Assembly (NCBI GenBank): GCA_951406725.2 | Contig: OX597830.1 | Coordinates: 26,288,001-26,352,000 of the forward strand | Source: Octopus vulgaris | Taxonomy: Eukaryota | Length of the DNA: 64,000 nucleotides | Reading direction: 5' to 3' | Part shown: in pieces, positions 1 to 13,800 of the stretch | How positions within the stretch are numbered: position 1 is the stretch's first letter | Layout of the letters: each line of letters starts with the position of its first letter | Program-made: the position numbers and the translations under genes | Notes under the pieces: generated by a model | Told to the model about the DNA's origin: nothing | Seen by the model: only the letters and a program-made list of their open reading frames with translations | Database searches by the model: none

Positions 1-1112
1 AATAGGCAAGAAAAAGATGACATGCATATTCATTATTTAACCGTTTCGGCAGATTCGGACATCAATATTTTGTTATATTTTGTCACAGGAGAACAACTTT
101 TTGACGAATGTTCATTTATAACACTCAATTCATTAAGGCAACGGATTTTGGAATGGCTGAAGCTATAAACAAAGCATCGGCTCTTTATAAATTTATTAGT
201 TCAGGGTGTTCAGAATCCCTTGTGCTAATGAATCGAGTATGTTATGAACACACATTCATTGTGAAGAATCTATTCTCCTGTGACCAAAAAAAGAGAAAAA
301 AAAACAGTGATTAGTATATTCAGGTTCGAATCTGCCGAAACGTTTTTGCTTCTTGCTTCACCGTACGTATGGCGATCTAAGAAAATTATGCACTCTAGAA
401 AAGAAAATATAGTTGTGAGAGTCTAAAATACATTTCTTTGCACTCTAGGTCTATCATTTATAATGTTATGAAACCTGTAAAGAAATTATCTTCATAAATG
501 TAGGTTACACAATTCTAAATTGTGACAACATACTGGATGACATAATCGATACACGCTGAATTGAAATATTTAATCGAATTCGATGACATCTGCTTTTGCT
601 GGCATCAGTCAATGAAGTGAAGGTCATGTTAGGGCAACGCCTGTAAAAGTTTATAGTTGATCGTATCCACGGCAATACTTGTGCCTGTTTGATATTTCAC
701 TAATCGATCTCTTGTTATCGAGTGGCGAAGATACCTTTTGAATTAACTGAATGCACTTCGACGCACCGTTATGTGCATACAGATCGCAGACATATGCATG
801 TATGCTTGTATATGTGTATGTATGTATGTATGTATGTATGTATGTATGTATGTATGTATGTATGCATCTATACCTTAGCTGCCTACATATATGTACACAG
901 GCACACGCACATACACGCACACACACACACACACACAAACACACACTCACACACACGCACACTCACACACAAACACACACACACACACATACACATACAT
1001 ATATGTGTATCAGGTGCAAGCGTAGTTGTGAGGTAAGAAGTTTGCTTCCCAATCACATGGTTCTAGGTTCAGTTCCACTGCGTGGCACCTTGGGCAAGTG
1101 TCTTCCGCTATA

Positions 1113-1595
1113 GACTACCAGTCTGATAAGGGTACACCAGGCACATGCATCACGACCATGTGTGCGCGATATGGTGATCTCATATCAAGATAAACAGCAC
1201 ATGACCTTGCAGGTAGGGCCCAATTAGAATTTTCTTCAGGTCGAGTAGCCCATCCCACTCGAAAGGTCCCTGAATAAGGGTTGTTTAAGGATGTTGAACA
1301 AAACACCCATATCTCCAGAGGTGAATTATTCAAACCCCAAAGAATCCCTCTCAACACACGGCTATGATGCTCCCCCACTACTTCTGCTCGTGATCAGAGA
1401 TGCACATATCGCCAGCCACTAAGGGACATGCTCAACTGGTTAAGGTCAAACAACTGACAAGAAAATCTGTGGTATTGAGCAGAATATTTGCTGTCGCCCA
1501 TTTTTTATACCAAGACAAAACAATGTACATGATAACACTTCCAATCAGTTAAGATTAGAAGCCACGAGAGCCACTGCCTGGTACTGCATCAGGGC

Positions 1596-1597
<2 letters not shown>
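1113..1597. mobile_element. Dispersed non-coding element (family C) abutting (ATT)n; second copy at 51080-51608
   Basis: The two copies align over about 480 bp. The 51 kb copy has (ATT)n on both sides. Confidence 0.75.
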
Positions 1598-1683
<86 letters not shown>

Positions 1684-1839
1684 ATTATTATTATTATTAT
1701 TCATGTCACTGAATATTATTATTATTCAGGATTTATAAGCCCTAAAATTCACTCTATAATTGCCCACAGGCAATAATAATAATAACAACATCGAAAAATA
1801 CCTTAGGAATGAGAACCCAGGTTCGAAATTTCTTCCAAT

Positions 1840-1883
1840 ACACCTGATGAAGGCTGGAGGGTATATCTGCCGTAACGTTGTGT
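1840..1883 (+). ncRNA. Degenerate hammerhead motif in a PLE-like repeat next to (ATT)n
   Basis: ACAC|CTGATGA|aggctg...ctgcc|GTAA|C GTT|GTGT. GAAA is mutated to GTAA. Confidence 0.55.
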
Positions 1884-3643
1884 TAACAAAAACCAAGATG
1901 AGAACAAATATCCGTCTAATGTAAATATATTCGCCATGATAAATCGCTAGCCACACATTCTTTATTTTCTCTCCTTCTTTCTTTCTGTCTTCCTTTCTGT
2001 GGGCTCGAAATGTTAAAGACTTTTTCACTTCCTGAGCGTTAAACTAATACATCTGTTTGTTGTCTACACCACCAGTCTATATATAGATTTTTTTCCCCTG
2101 TAAATTTGGATTTATTCCCTAATATTTATTATATATATATATATATATATTCTAAGTTAAACTCTAATACAGTGCAATAAATACAATTACAGTGTAATAA
2201 ATATTCATGGAATAAATTTGCGTGTACATACACTATGGGCTACTCTGGTAGTTGAGAGGAATATAAATAGAATAGTAAACGGCAGAATAGCTTGAAATTT
2301 TTATGTGTTGCATAATTAATTGTTTTCTACAGCTGTTTCCGTAGAGTAAAACATCATTACTATTTAATTACGTAATTAACATAATATCACATTTAAATGT
2401 AATGAATAATCAAATTCTGTATCAAGAACACTGCACAAATAAATACGCAATATACACGCATAAGCACAGGAAGCCCGTGCAGTTAAGAGGCTCGGTTTGC
2501 GTCCACGTGATTTCGGGTCCTGTCCCACTTCGCGGCACATTTGGGCAAGTGTGTTTTACTGTAACACCGGGTAGGTCAATGCCTTGTTAGTGAATTGGTA
2601 GATGGAAACTGAGTGGAAGCTAGTTACATACATAAATATATCTGTGTGTATGTGTGTGTGTCTTTGTTTTTCTCCATCACCATTGATTGACAACCAGTGT
2701 TGGTTTGTCTGCGCCTACGTTACTTAATGTTTCAGAATTACAGGTATACTAAATGTATAAGGGAGTAATTCGGAAACAATACCTCTAATTCAATTACCCT
2801 TTATATTCGATACCGTATTTTACAATATCTTATGCTTATCCACCCGTAATGAAGAGAATAGTTCTTTTTATTGCTCTAATATATACTGTGTACGTCTACC
2901 CGTATGATAATCTAATTCCTTTTATATATTTATTTAGAATGTCTTTATCATGACTTTCTAAACAATATACTTAGAATATTCTTTTTTTTTCTTATATACT
3001 AAAGTATCCCATTATTAGGTTCTAAGTTTAATTTCTATCCTTATTCTATATATTGATTTAAATTTTCTCAATTTAATATTATAAATTTGCTAAGTTATAA
3101 ATTACTGCCTTCCATATCCTTCAATTCTAATTTTCACCACTAAAGTTTATGACTTATCTCTTTTGGTTTTTCATTATCTTCTTCTTTATTTGATAATCTA
3201 AGTATTGGCCAAGCCTATCCTTCTTTCTTCCAGTTATCACCCCTTCCCATCAGACATTTTCTTACTACCAGCCTAACAACGTACCCTCTTATGTAGATAA
3301 AGCTATATATATGGTTCCAGTATAGTTGATTGACATTAATTGATATATCCCCATTTACTAGGCAACTCTCTATGGATTTAATTCTAAATGGCTGAAGACT
3401 ACATACTACATAAGGTTTTCTAAATCTAAGTAACTACATCACCACTCCTGTTATCTTGACGTTCCACTATTCCTTCTGCTACACTCTAAATAATAGTAGG
3501 CTTAACAAGGTATGCATTATTTTTTTTATAAATTCAATCTGCCAGAGATATAACAAAAGGAAACAATGTTAATATTTTGTTTTCCATTATTGATGTGCAT
3601 TTATTAAAAAAAATGTTTATACTTTATGTTTGAAGTCTATGCG

Positions 3644-3731
3644 TTCATCCGACGAGAATGATTTCTTTCAAATTGATGTAAATGTTTCCATTAATCAATT
3701 AAATGGAGTCACTTGAAGTGGACGTAATGAA
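3644..3731 (+). ncRNA. Degenerate hammerhead motif (same family as 29046-29131 and 63556-63642)
   Basis: TTCAT|CCGACGA|...aaattgatgtaa...|GAAG tggac GTA|ATGAA. The stem II interior is shared with the other two copies. Confidence 0.45.
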
Positions 3732-3985
3732 TTGATACCTGTACATCTTTGTTACTTATTTATGTTTTGTTCACCTAAATTGGAATCTGCACTTCGGAAA
3801 TACTAAAGAAAGCACATTTATATAAAGGGCATGGCTGAATTACCAAGAGTGAATATCTTCACATAGGTGGATTGCGTTGTCTACACACACGACAGGATTA
3901 TTGGGTACAAATACCACTACACAGAGTCTTGTTATTCGATATTCAAAAAATATCATTCGTGTCTGCAGAGTATACCGAACATGTA

Positions 3986-4784
3986 AGAAAACTGACAGCT
4001 GTGAGTTGAAAGGTCTGTATCTGTGTGTTCGATTATGTTTACTGTAGGGAAAGGAAAGTAGATAGCGAAAGGGAGAAAGAATAGGGCGAGGTGAGAGGCA
4101 ACGCAAGAATGGATAGTAGTAATTGGGAATATAAGAAAATCTTTTTGACTATTGGGGTGAAATATATCAAAAATTTTTTTGGGAAATCGAGGGGTTATCT
4201 ATATTAGTCACTATTTATATGAATGAAAGGTGTGTCTTTTCCAGTGTAAGCACCTGTAGGATCTTTCGACGATTGTATTTATTAAAGGGCCTTTGGCGAA
4301 TAAAATATGAAAAAGGCAGAAAATTTTGAATGAAAGGTGTGTCTTTTCCAGTGTAAGCACCTGTAGGATCTTTCGACGATTGTGTTTATTAAAGGGCCTT
4401 TGGCGAATAAAATATGATAAAGGCAGAAAATTTTGTGGCATCTGTAATTCCGAACTTTTTCATATTTTGTTCGCCAAAGGCCCTTTAATGAACACAATCG
4501 TCGAAAGATCCTACAGGTGCTTACACTGGAAAAGACACACCTTTCATTCATATAAATAGTGACTAATATAGATAACCCCTCGATTTCCAAAAACAATTTT
4601 GCTATATTTCACCCCAATAGTCATAAAAGATTTTCTTATGTTCCCAATTACTACTATCCATTCTTGCGTTGCCTCTCACCTCGCCCAATTCTTTCTCCCT
4701 TTCGCTATCTACTTTCCTTTCCCTACAGTAAACATAATCGAACACACAGATACAGACCTTTCAACTCACAGCTGTCAGTTTTCT
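3986..4784. repeat. Long imperfect palindrome with ~330-bp arms and an internal 108-bp tandem duplication
   Basis: 3986-4314 is the reverse complement of 4456-4784. 4220-4327 is repeated at 4328-4435. The ORF track shows mirrored ORFs. Confidence 0.9.
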
Positions 4785-5112
4785 GACATCTACCCATCCA
4801 CAAACACAATCACGCATTCAGACACACACATACACACATTAAGACAGTTATATACAGACACACACACAGGCACTCATTCACAAAAGAAATCATTTAAACC
4901 AACCATTCTTTTGACCTGCACTCTCTCACCTTACTATTCTTATGCCTCCCTCTTCCTACTTCGTTTGAACTCTTGAACCTTTAGAAACTTCTAGATTCTT
5001 CTACATTCAGCCACTCTGACGTCACTCATTATAAAGAGACACTCATTATCGCCATGGGCTCCTTGAGAGCGGTCAGCTAAAAGTTTTTTGTGCATTTTGA
5101 TGTCGACATAAG

Positions 5113-5210
5113 TTCCTTGATTTTCCTGATGAGAAATCTGCATAATGTACTCCTTATTCCTTCGGAATTAGGAATATGCAGCCTTCGAAACATATGTCGA
5201 GAATAAAGGA
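5113..5210 (+). ncRNA. Type I hammerhead ribozyme with canonical core and long stem II
   Basis: tccttgattttc|CTGATGA|gaa..ctgcata...tatgcag..ttc|GAAA|catat GTC|gagaataaagga. Stem I about 12 bp with one mismatch, palindromic stem III ACATATGT, predicted cut after 5198. Confidence 0.82.
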
Positions 5211-5404
5211 TATTTGTTAACTAGTCGTTCAACTCCATTCTTTCATATACTTATAATTTTAAAATAACATACAAATTTCCGCACGAAGACACGTAGTCTA
5301 TGCCCTAGGGACGTAGCTTCAACCGTGTCCTTTCTGATGTGAATTTGCTACCCAGGTATCGGTTATCTTTCGAATTATCCTTAATAAGATAATTCATTCA
5401 ATTA

Positions 5405-5483
<79 letters not shown>

Positions 5484-5837
5484 TCTTTTACGTGTTTCAG
5501 TCAATTGACTGCGGACTTGCTAGAACACCACCTCGAAGGGTTTTAGTCAAACAAAGCCTGGTACTTATTTTATCGGTTCTTAGGCCGAACCACTAAGTTA
5601 CGTGGACGTAAACACATAACACCGGTTGTCAAGTGGTAGTGGTGAACACTCACACACACACACAAACAAACAAGGGCAAACATGTATATGTGTATACAGA
5701 TGACGGATTTCTTTCAGTTTCCCTCAACCAAAGCATCTCACAAGGTTTTGGTTAGATCGAGGCTGAAGCAAAAGGGACTGAACCAGGACCCGTTTGGTTG
5801 TGAAGCAAGCTACTTAACACACAGACAATCTACCTAC

Positions 5838-5919
<82 letters not shown>

Positions 5920-6108
5920 GTCTGGCTATCTATCTATCTATATACATGTAAGTATACATCTTCCTTTTTCATTCATTCATTCTTTTTTCTTTCTTTCCTC
6001 CCTTCTTTCTTTTTTTCCTTCTTTCTTTCATTCTTTCTTTCTTTCTGTATGTCTGTCTGTCTCTGTTTACCTCTGTTTGTCTGTCTCTCTCTCACTCTCT
6101 CACTCTCC

Positions 6109-6167
<59 letters not shown>

Positions 6168-6199
6168 GCTCTCTGTCTCTCTGTCTGTGACTGTGTCGC

Positions 6200-6895
6200 C
6201 GTCCCTCTCTATCTCTCTCTCACACCTATACAATAAATGCATGCTTGTTGTGTGTGTGTATATGTGTGTGTGCATGTGTATGTGTGTGTATTTGTGTATG
6301 TTTTACCGAAGCGTTGGAGACGTCCTCGATATCGTTTCGCCTGACCGAACACAATAAACCGGACAGAGAGAACTACTTCCCCTAACTGCAGGTAAATGTA
6401 GAGCTTTTGTCTGGTACAGCGATTTGATTGTCGGTAGAAAAGAGCACCTGATTAGTTGGCCATCTACAAACGTCATAGAACATATAATTGATACTTTAGA
6501 GATGAATCAGAGGAAAACATTAGGGGGAAACACGCGCCGAGTTGAGGTGAGGGTAGTGTATGAACATGGAACGTTTGGGGCGTTATGAATGTTGTTATTG
6601 AGTTAGCAACCTCAATACCTTTTTAACAAATTAGGAATAATTCTGTATTTCACTATCTGTTCCAATTCAATGCATTGCTGGTTCAAATTCCGATGCCTTT
6701 TATTATAGACAGACCTCCTTGTGTCATTGTGGTACGAAATAGAATTTTTCGGTTTTCCCTCTCGGCTAAAAATTAAACACACACACACACATACACACAC
6801 GCACACACGCATACACACACAGACTCCCATGCACGTACTCACATACACCCCCACATACACCCGCACAAATGTGGGCGTAGTCATTACTATTTATT
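6200..6895. repeat. Local duplication, paralogous to about 10380-11340
   Basis: About 470 bp of unique sequence (6310-6780 versus 10498-10950) plus matching flanks occurs as a direct repeat about 4.2 kb apart. Confidence 0.85.
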
Positions 6896-8167
6896 CAGAA
6901 AATAATACTCAAAATATTCATAGAAGTTTTATCCTTTTGTTAAAATTCCATTCTTGATAATCTTCTTGATTATCCGAAATTTTAACTTTATACAATAAGA
7001 CAATATTGTTTGAAATGATCTTTAGAAATTACTTGATTTATCTCTTTCTTAAATGGCTCTACCCTCCTGAGACCATTATATAAATAACCCTTCTAAACAA
7101 GTACTTGTGTAGGGAGTAACAATAATAACTTCTTAAACCTATAATATAGCCCTTAATTTAAAAAAAAAGATTAGTGTAAAATATGATTGTTCCATGACTT
7201 AAATATTCCTTTAGCCGATACCAAACATCAGTCTTTTATAGATATTAGCTAAATAAGTAAATATATAATTTTTAGTCTAATATATCATACTTTTTCTAAA
7301 AATCTTCTCTATTGGTGTTAACAAGCTACATATACTTTACCATAGTATTAGTAATTAAGCTATTTTATTTCCTTTTCTATGGAGCTCTGCCCTACTTGAT
7401 TATTTTTAAAAAAATTTTTATTCTTTTATAATTAGCCTTTATTTATTTATAAGATTAATCTAATTTTTGTTTCTCTATAAATTCATACTTAGCTTTATAT
7501 AAAACTAAACTAATATACTCACTACTTATAAAAAAATACTGCTTAGATTAAAATTTTATTAATATATAATTACCCCAAAACTTCTTTATTAATACCAGTA
7601 TATACCAATTAAACAATATTCACAGATACCCTCTGATGAGTTAGTATTTAAATATACAATATGTATAAATATTAAACTATAATTTCTTTTCCTCCCTCTA
7701 TTGCGGTAAAAGTTTGGTATATACTCAAAAGTATTCATAAATTTCTATCCTTTGTTATAATCTTCTTAATGAGCCTTTCAATAAACCTAAACTTTAACTG
7801 TATACATAGCAACATTGTTTTAAAATATTTAACTATAGTACCACATCATAAAACTTTTCCTGTTCTATTATCAATAGTCTGCTAGTGGGCGACCCCCTTA
7901 ATTATCAGCTAACATCTTGTTTTAAGTTTTCCCTTACTAAACCTAATGATATTGTTTATAATAAATCTTGATTTTTTATGACTATACCAACTAGAATGTC
8001 TGTCTACTCACTGAAACCTACCCCTAACAGATACTGTCCTCTGTTCTCTCAGCCTTAGATATACAAGGGATTTGATAAACTAGTCTATAAATTAAAACTG
8101 ACCCATGAAGATAAAAAGTCTTCTTGACAATCTTAGTAACTTCTATGCTGAAATAGAGACATGTTCT

Positions 8168-8220
<53 letters not shown>

Positions 8221-8249
8221 CCCCCCTCTCTCTCTCTCTCTCTCTCTTT

Positions 8250-9073
8250 GGAAGAAACTCCTCACTAAAACAGCCATACTCTCTTCCTTCAAGGGAACCG
8301 CTCACAGCATCTAACAATATCAGAGACCTGGGTGTAATTGTTGATGACGATCTCAGTTGGAGTGCACACATCAACAAGAAGGTCGATATAGCTCGTAGGA
8401 TGAGTTCCTGGATCTTAAGAACTTTCCGGTCCAGAGAACAAGGTGTCATCATATCACTTTTTTCCTCCTTTGTACGGCCACACCTTGAATACTGCTGCCC
8501 ACTGTGGTCTCCTCACACAAGACAAAACATCTCCAGAATTGAGTCATCCCAGAGGGCACTCACTAAACGCATTGTAGGCATGGCTGCTCTCGATTATTGG
8601 GATCGCCTTAAAGCCTTGAAACTTTACTCCCTCCAGCGTCGCCGTGAGCGGTACATCATTTGTACGATGTGGAAAATATACCGCCAACTTTGCCCAAACG
8701 ACCTAAACATTAGCTTCAAGGTTCATCCAAGACTTGGACCACGGGCTATACGTCCCCTGCCCAATTCAAGATCACAACATACATGTACACTGCAACATAA
8801 TTTCTTTTCCTCAACAGGCCCTGCCCTATTTAACATTGTCCCGAGAGAGATCAAAGAGGAAAAGGATCCCATCAACTTTAAACAGAGTCTGGATAGATTC
8901 CTTCAAAGAATACCAGATAAGCCACCCATAATTGGATACAACTCACCCAACAAGAACTCACTACTTGAACAAAACTTGACTTAAACAGGATTCAAATAAT
9001 CCTATCAGGTGGTGCTATTAAGTTAGACATGGCCTGGACCAATCTTTGGTCGAAACATATCTAAGTTTATCTA

Positions 9074-9079
<6 letters not shown>
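8250..9079 (+). mobile_element. 5'-truncated CR1/L2-group LINE (C-terminal ORF2, 3' UTR, short tandem tail)
   Basis: RDLGVIVDDDLSWSAHI upstream of ORF 8400-8984 (FVRPHLEYCCPLWSP..LKLYSLQRRRERY). Tail of repeated tatctaagtt, then (TA)n. Confidence 0.85.
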
Positions 9080-9151
<72 letters not shown>

Positions 9152-9240
9152 TGTATGTATGTATGTATGTATGTATGTATGTATGTATATGGAAAAAAAC
9201 TCAAGATAAAAAATGCTAAAATAATTTTAGAAAAACATTT

Positions 9241-9276
9241 CAGTACCGATTTCAGTCATTGAGACTTTTTCAACTG
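9241..9276 (-). ncRNA. Minimal hammerhead motif, U3-A8 core
   Basis: Minus strand reads CAG|TTGAAAA|AGTC tcaat GACT|GAAA|tcg GTA|CTG. Confidence 0.55.
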
Positions 9277-9498
9277 TGATTATGGAAAACAATTAAAGTT
9301 TGGAAAAATTAAAATAAAAGTTTTTTTAAAAGAATATTTGCATAGTATTCAAATACAAGTAGCGTTTCCTTGTTTCTGTCTGTTTCTGTCTCTCTTGTTT
9401 ACTCATGTGGGTTCGAGGTCATTGTGAATTCTTGGCAGAAGAAGAAGAAGAAGAAGAAGAAGAAGAAGAAGAAGAAGAAGAAGAAGAAGAAGAAGAAG

Positions 9499-9542
<44 letters not shown>

Positions 9543-9780
9543 CCCTGAATGCAAACGCACACACACATACACACGCACACATTTATATATAAACCACGGA
9601 AGAACATTTCTCGAACTAACTGTGGCAATGTGAAGTGGGATGCTTTGTTCAAGGATAAAAGTTAGTACTCGATCTAGAAACCGAAAAGGCAAGCGAAGAA
9701 TTGGAAGCCGAAAATATTAACCACTGACAATGTGAGAGTGGTTAATGCACGCAGATCATTTTGACTTTACTACAGTATCA

Positions 9781-9840
<60 letters not shown>

Positions 9841-10036
9841 ATGTATACAATGGCTTCCACACAGTTCCCGTTCACTCACAGGGCATTGTTCGACCCAGGG
9901 CAGTAGCAGAAGCACTTGCCCGACTTGTTGTTCAGCGGAACTTAAACTAAATCCATTTGAGTGCAAAGTGAACTTTCTAAACACATAGCCCAGCCTGCGT
10001 CTCTGCCAGCGCCACTGTCTGTCTATCTATCTATCC

Positions 10037-10083
<47 letters not shown>

Positions 10084-10088
10084 CATCC

Positions 10089-10144
<56 letters not shown>

Positions 10145-10957
10145 GTCTGTCTTTTGTTTATTTATTTCTCATTTCTCACTCTCGTTCTCTCTCTCTTTCT
10201 CTCTCCATGTCTCTCTATTTATCTCTCTATCTTTCTGTCTGTCTGTCTGTCTCTGTATCTATTTGTCTGCCTGTCTGTCTGTCTCTCACTCCCTCTCTCT
10301 CTCTCCCTATCTATCTATCTAGCTAGCTAGCTAGCTAGTTAGCTTTCTGTCTGCCTGTCTATCTCCGTCTGTCTCTGTCCCTCTCTATTTCTCTCTCACA
10401 CCTATACAATAAATGCATGCTTGTGTGTTTGTGCGTGCATGTGTATGTGTGTGTGTATGTGTGTATTTGCTTGCGCGCGCACGTGTGTATTAACGTAGCG
10501 TTGGGGCGTCCTCGATATCGTTTCGCCTGACCGAACACAATAAACCAGACAGAGAGAACTATTTCCCCTAACAGCAGGTAAATGTAGAGCTTTTGTCTGG
10601 TCCAACGATTTCACTGTCGTTAGAAAAGAGCATCTGATTAGTTGGCCATCTACAAACGTCATAGAACATATAATTGATACTTTAGAGATGAATCAGAGGA
10701 AAACCGTGGGGGAAACACGCGCCGAGTTGAGGAGAGGGTAGTGTTTGGGGCGTTATGAATGTTGTTATTGAGGTAGCAACCTCAATACCTTTTTGACAAA
10801 TTAGGAATAATTCTGTATTTCCCTATTTGTTCCAATTCAATGCATTGCTGGTTCAAATTCCGATGCCTTTTATCATAGACAAACCTCCTTGTGTCATTGT
10901 GGTACGAAATAGAATTTTTCGGTTTTCCCTCTCGGCTAAAAGTTAAACACACACATG

Positions 10958-11014
<57 letters not shown>

Positions 11015-11035
11015 GCTCTCTCTCCTTCTCATACA

Positions 11036-11310
11036 CACAGACTTCCATGGACATACATACACACACACAAACACACACACAGACTCCCGTGGACATACTC
11101 ACATACACCTACAACCACACACACACACACACACAGACTCCCGTGGACATACTCACATACACCCACAACAACACATGCACACACACACACACACAGACTC
11201 CCGTGGACATACTCACATGCACCCACAACCACACATGCACACACACACACACACAGACTCCCGTGGACATACTCACATACACCCACAACCATACATGCAC
11301 ACACACGCAC
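11036..11310. repeat. Minisatellite with ~60-bp unit (cagactcccgtggacatactcacatacacc...), about 5 copies
   Basis: Unit read directly. The last three copies have an exact 60-bp period. Confidence 0.85.
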
Positions 11311-11613
11311 AAATGTGGACGCAGCCATTACTATTTATGTAGGAAAACGAATATTTCATCGTTATTACAGTTTTAATCTTCATCTTATGAAACTTTTGCA
11401 TCCACATCTTTCCATCAAAGTTGTTACACTATGCGAAGCCTCTTGGCCTAGGTCGGATGTTGCTGGTTTCAGAATCATGATCGTTGATTCGAATACAGGG
11501 CCACACTGCATTACGTAGCCATCCCGAAGGCATTACATGTAACGTTACTCCAGACCACGGCTACACCCTTGACTGTGCACAAAAACAGAAGCACCATATT
11601 CATTAGTATAAAG

Positions 11614-12082
11614 CTGTGGTTTTCAACCAGGGTGCATATGGCCCTTGGGAAACCACATAAGATTTTGTTGCTTATGCTTCTACAATACACAAAATATCTT
11701 AACAATTTTCTGTTTACAACTCCTAATAATATTTAGTTATATAACAAAAAGGCGGCGAGGTAACAGAACGGTTAGCACGCCGGGCGAAATGCTTAGCGCT
11801 ATTTCGTCTGTCTTTATGTTCTGAGTTCAAATTCGGGCGAGGTCGACTTATCCTTTCATCATTTCGGCGTCGATAAAATAAGTACCAGTCACGCACTGGG
11901 GTCGATCTGATCGACTTACCTACCCCATTTCTTTGAACTTGTTGGTATTGGGCTAAAATTTGAAATCGATAATATGTAAGTATGAAATAGGATTTTTTAA
12001 ACACCGAATGATTCTGAGATTCCAATAGAGGAAAATAGGAATCGACGGAGATCCATGGGCAGAAAATGACCGGGAACCACTG
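11614..12082. mobile_element. hAT-type MITE with a nested SINE (about 11748-11965)
   Basis: Termini ctgtggttttc ... gggaaccactg, with 8-bp flanks gtataaag and gtataagg (7/8 identical, consistent with a TSD). Confidence 0.6.
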
Positions 12083-12149
12083 GTATAAGGCAGTTCATAG
12101 ACATCCTTCAATTTCTGACTCGCAGCCGAGCTCCCTCCTCAGATAGATA

Positions 12150-12511
12150 TCGTCGTGGCACTCCGTCGGTTACGACGACGAGGGTTACAGTTGTTCCATT
12201 CAACAGAACAGCCTGCTCGGGAAATTAACGTGTAAGTGACTGAGCACTCCACAGACACGTGCACCCCTTAACGTAGTTCTCGGGGAGATTCAGCGTGACA
12301 CAGAGTGTGACAAGACTGACCCTTTAAAATACAGATACAACAGAAACAAGAAGAAAGAGTGAGAGAAAGTTGTGGTGAAAGAGTGAAGTAGGGTTCGCCA
12401 CCACCCCCTGTCGGAGCATCGTGGAGATTTAGGTGTTTTCGTTCAATAAATACTCACAACGCCCGTTCTGGGAATCGAAACCGCGATTCTACGACCACTG
12501 GGCCATTGCGC
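12150..12511 (-). mobile_element. tRNA-derived SINE, family D
   Basis: Head gcgcaatggcccagtgg..ggtttcgattccc on the minus strand. Homologues at 25037-25347(-), and with a variant tail at 21327-21608(+) and 54263-54513(-). Confidence 0.8.
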
Positions 12512-12594
12512 ACACACATATGTATATCAACGGAACAGCCTGCTCGTGAAATTAACGTGCAATATATACATGTATAACCGACGGAGTGCCACGA

Positions 12595-12632
<38 letters not shown>

Positions 12633-13406
12633 AAGTCAAATTGCGATAAAATAAAAATAATTATTATCGCTGGTATTTCTAGCACAAGCCAAATATTTTT
12701 CATATATCAGTACATTAAGGCGAAATATGTGCTAGGAACACAGAAGCTAGATAAATTTAGTGAAATGAAGATAAAAACATTTACTAACTCGGTTCCTCTT
12801 AGACTGCAGTTTCGTTCTTTTCAGCAACAAAGATAATTTATTTGCTCAGGGAGAATTCATCGGTAAGAGCCCTGTTGTTCTGAGATCCTATATATATATT
12901 TGTTCGCGCCACTATCGCTTGACAACTGGTGTCGGCGTGTTTAAGTCCTGGTTTCGATTTGTTCGACTAAAGGCGGTGCTCTAGCATGGCCGCAGTCAAA
13001 TGACTGAAACAAGTAAAAGAATAAAGCAATATTATGTATACGTGTATAGGTATTTCCCACATTCATCGCATGTCTCTCATAATCCCCAGAAAACCTAGTG
13101 CATGCATGCATACTAAAGCACGTACATACATAAATACATAATGCATGCATGTATGCATACATACACGCATATATACATGCTACTTGCATATATGCATACC
13201 TGTTTACATACATACATATATAAATGCATACTTACATACTTGCATACATATATATATATATATATATGCATACATGCCTACATACATGCATGCATACATG
13301 CACAGCGTCGCTGTGAGGTAAGGGATTCGTTTGTTTACATCCACATAACTCAGTTTGTCGGAAAAGAACGATAGAGTTAAACAGTTAAAAAGATGAAAAC
13401 AAGTTA

Positions 13407-13800
13407 GTGGTAAGTAGCTTGCTTACCAGCCACATGGTTCCGGGTTCAGTCCCACTGCGTGGCATCTTGGGCAAGTGTCTTCTGCTATAGCCTCGGGCCG
13501 ACCAAAGCCTTGTGAGTGGATTTGGTAGACGGAAACTGAAAGAAGCCTGTCGTATATATGTATATATATATATGTATGTGTGTATATGTTTGTGTGTCTG
13601 TTTTTGTCCCCCTAGCATTGCTTGACAACCGATGCTGGTGTGTTTACGTCCCCGTCACTTAGCGGTTCGGCAACAGAGACTGATAGAATAAGTACTAGGC
13701 TTACAAAGAATAAGTCCCGGGGTCGGTTTGCTCGACTAAAGGCAGTGCTCCAGCATGGCCGCAGTCAAATGACTGAAACGAGTAAAAGAGTAAAAGAGTA
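13407..13800 (+). mobile_element. tRNA-derived SINE, family A (internal microsatellite, gtaaaaga tail)
   Basis: Head gtggtaagtagcttgc..ggttcagtccc (A/B-box-like). Further partial or degenerate copies at about 1012-1112, 2465-2730, 5481-5823(-), 15503-15890, 16040-16430, 23830-24230, 41262-41390, 47550-47920(-). Confidence 0.85.

Noticed and set aside
4470-4520. Possible hammerhead in the palindrome arms (TTAATGA...GTCGAAAGATCCTACAGG)
   Set aside because: The core and stem II are too degenerate to support a call.
13407-13470. SINE heads as tRNA genes
   Set aside because: A/B-box-like motifs are present but there is no complete cloverleaf, and each continues into a SINE body.
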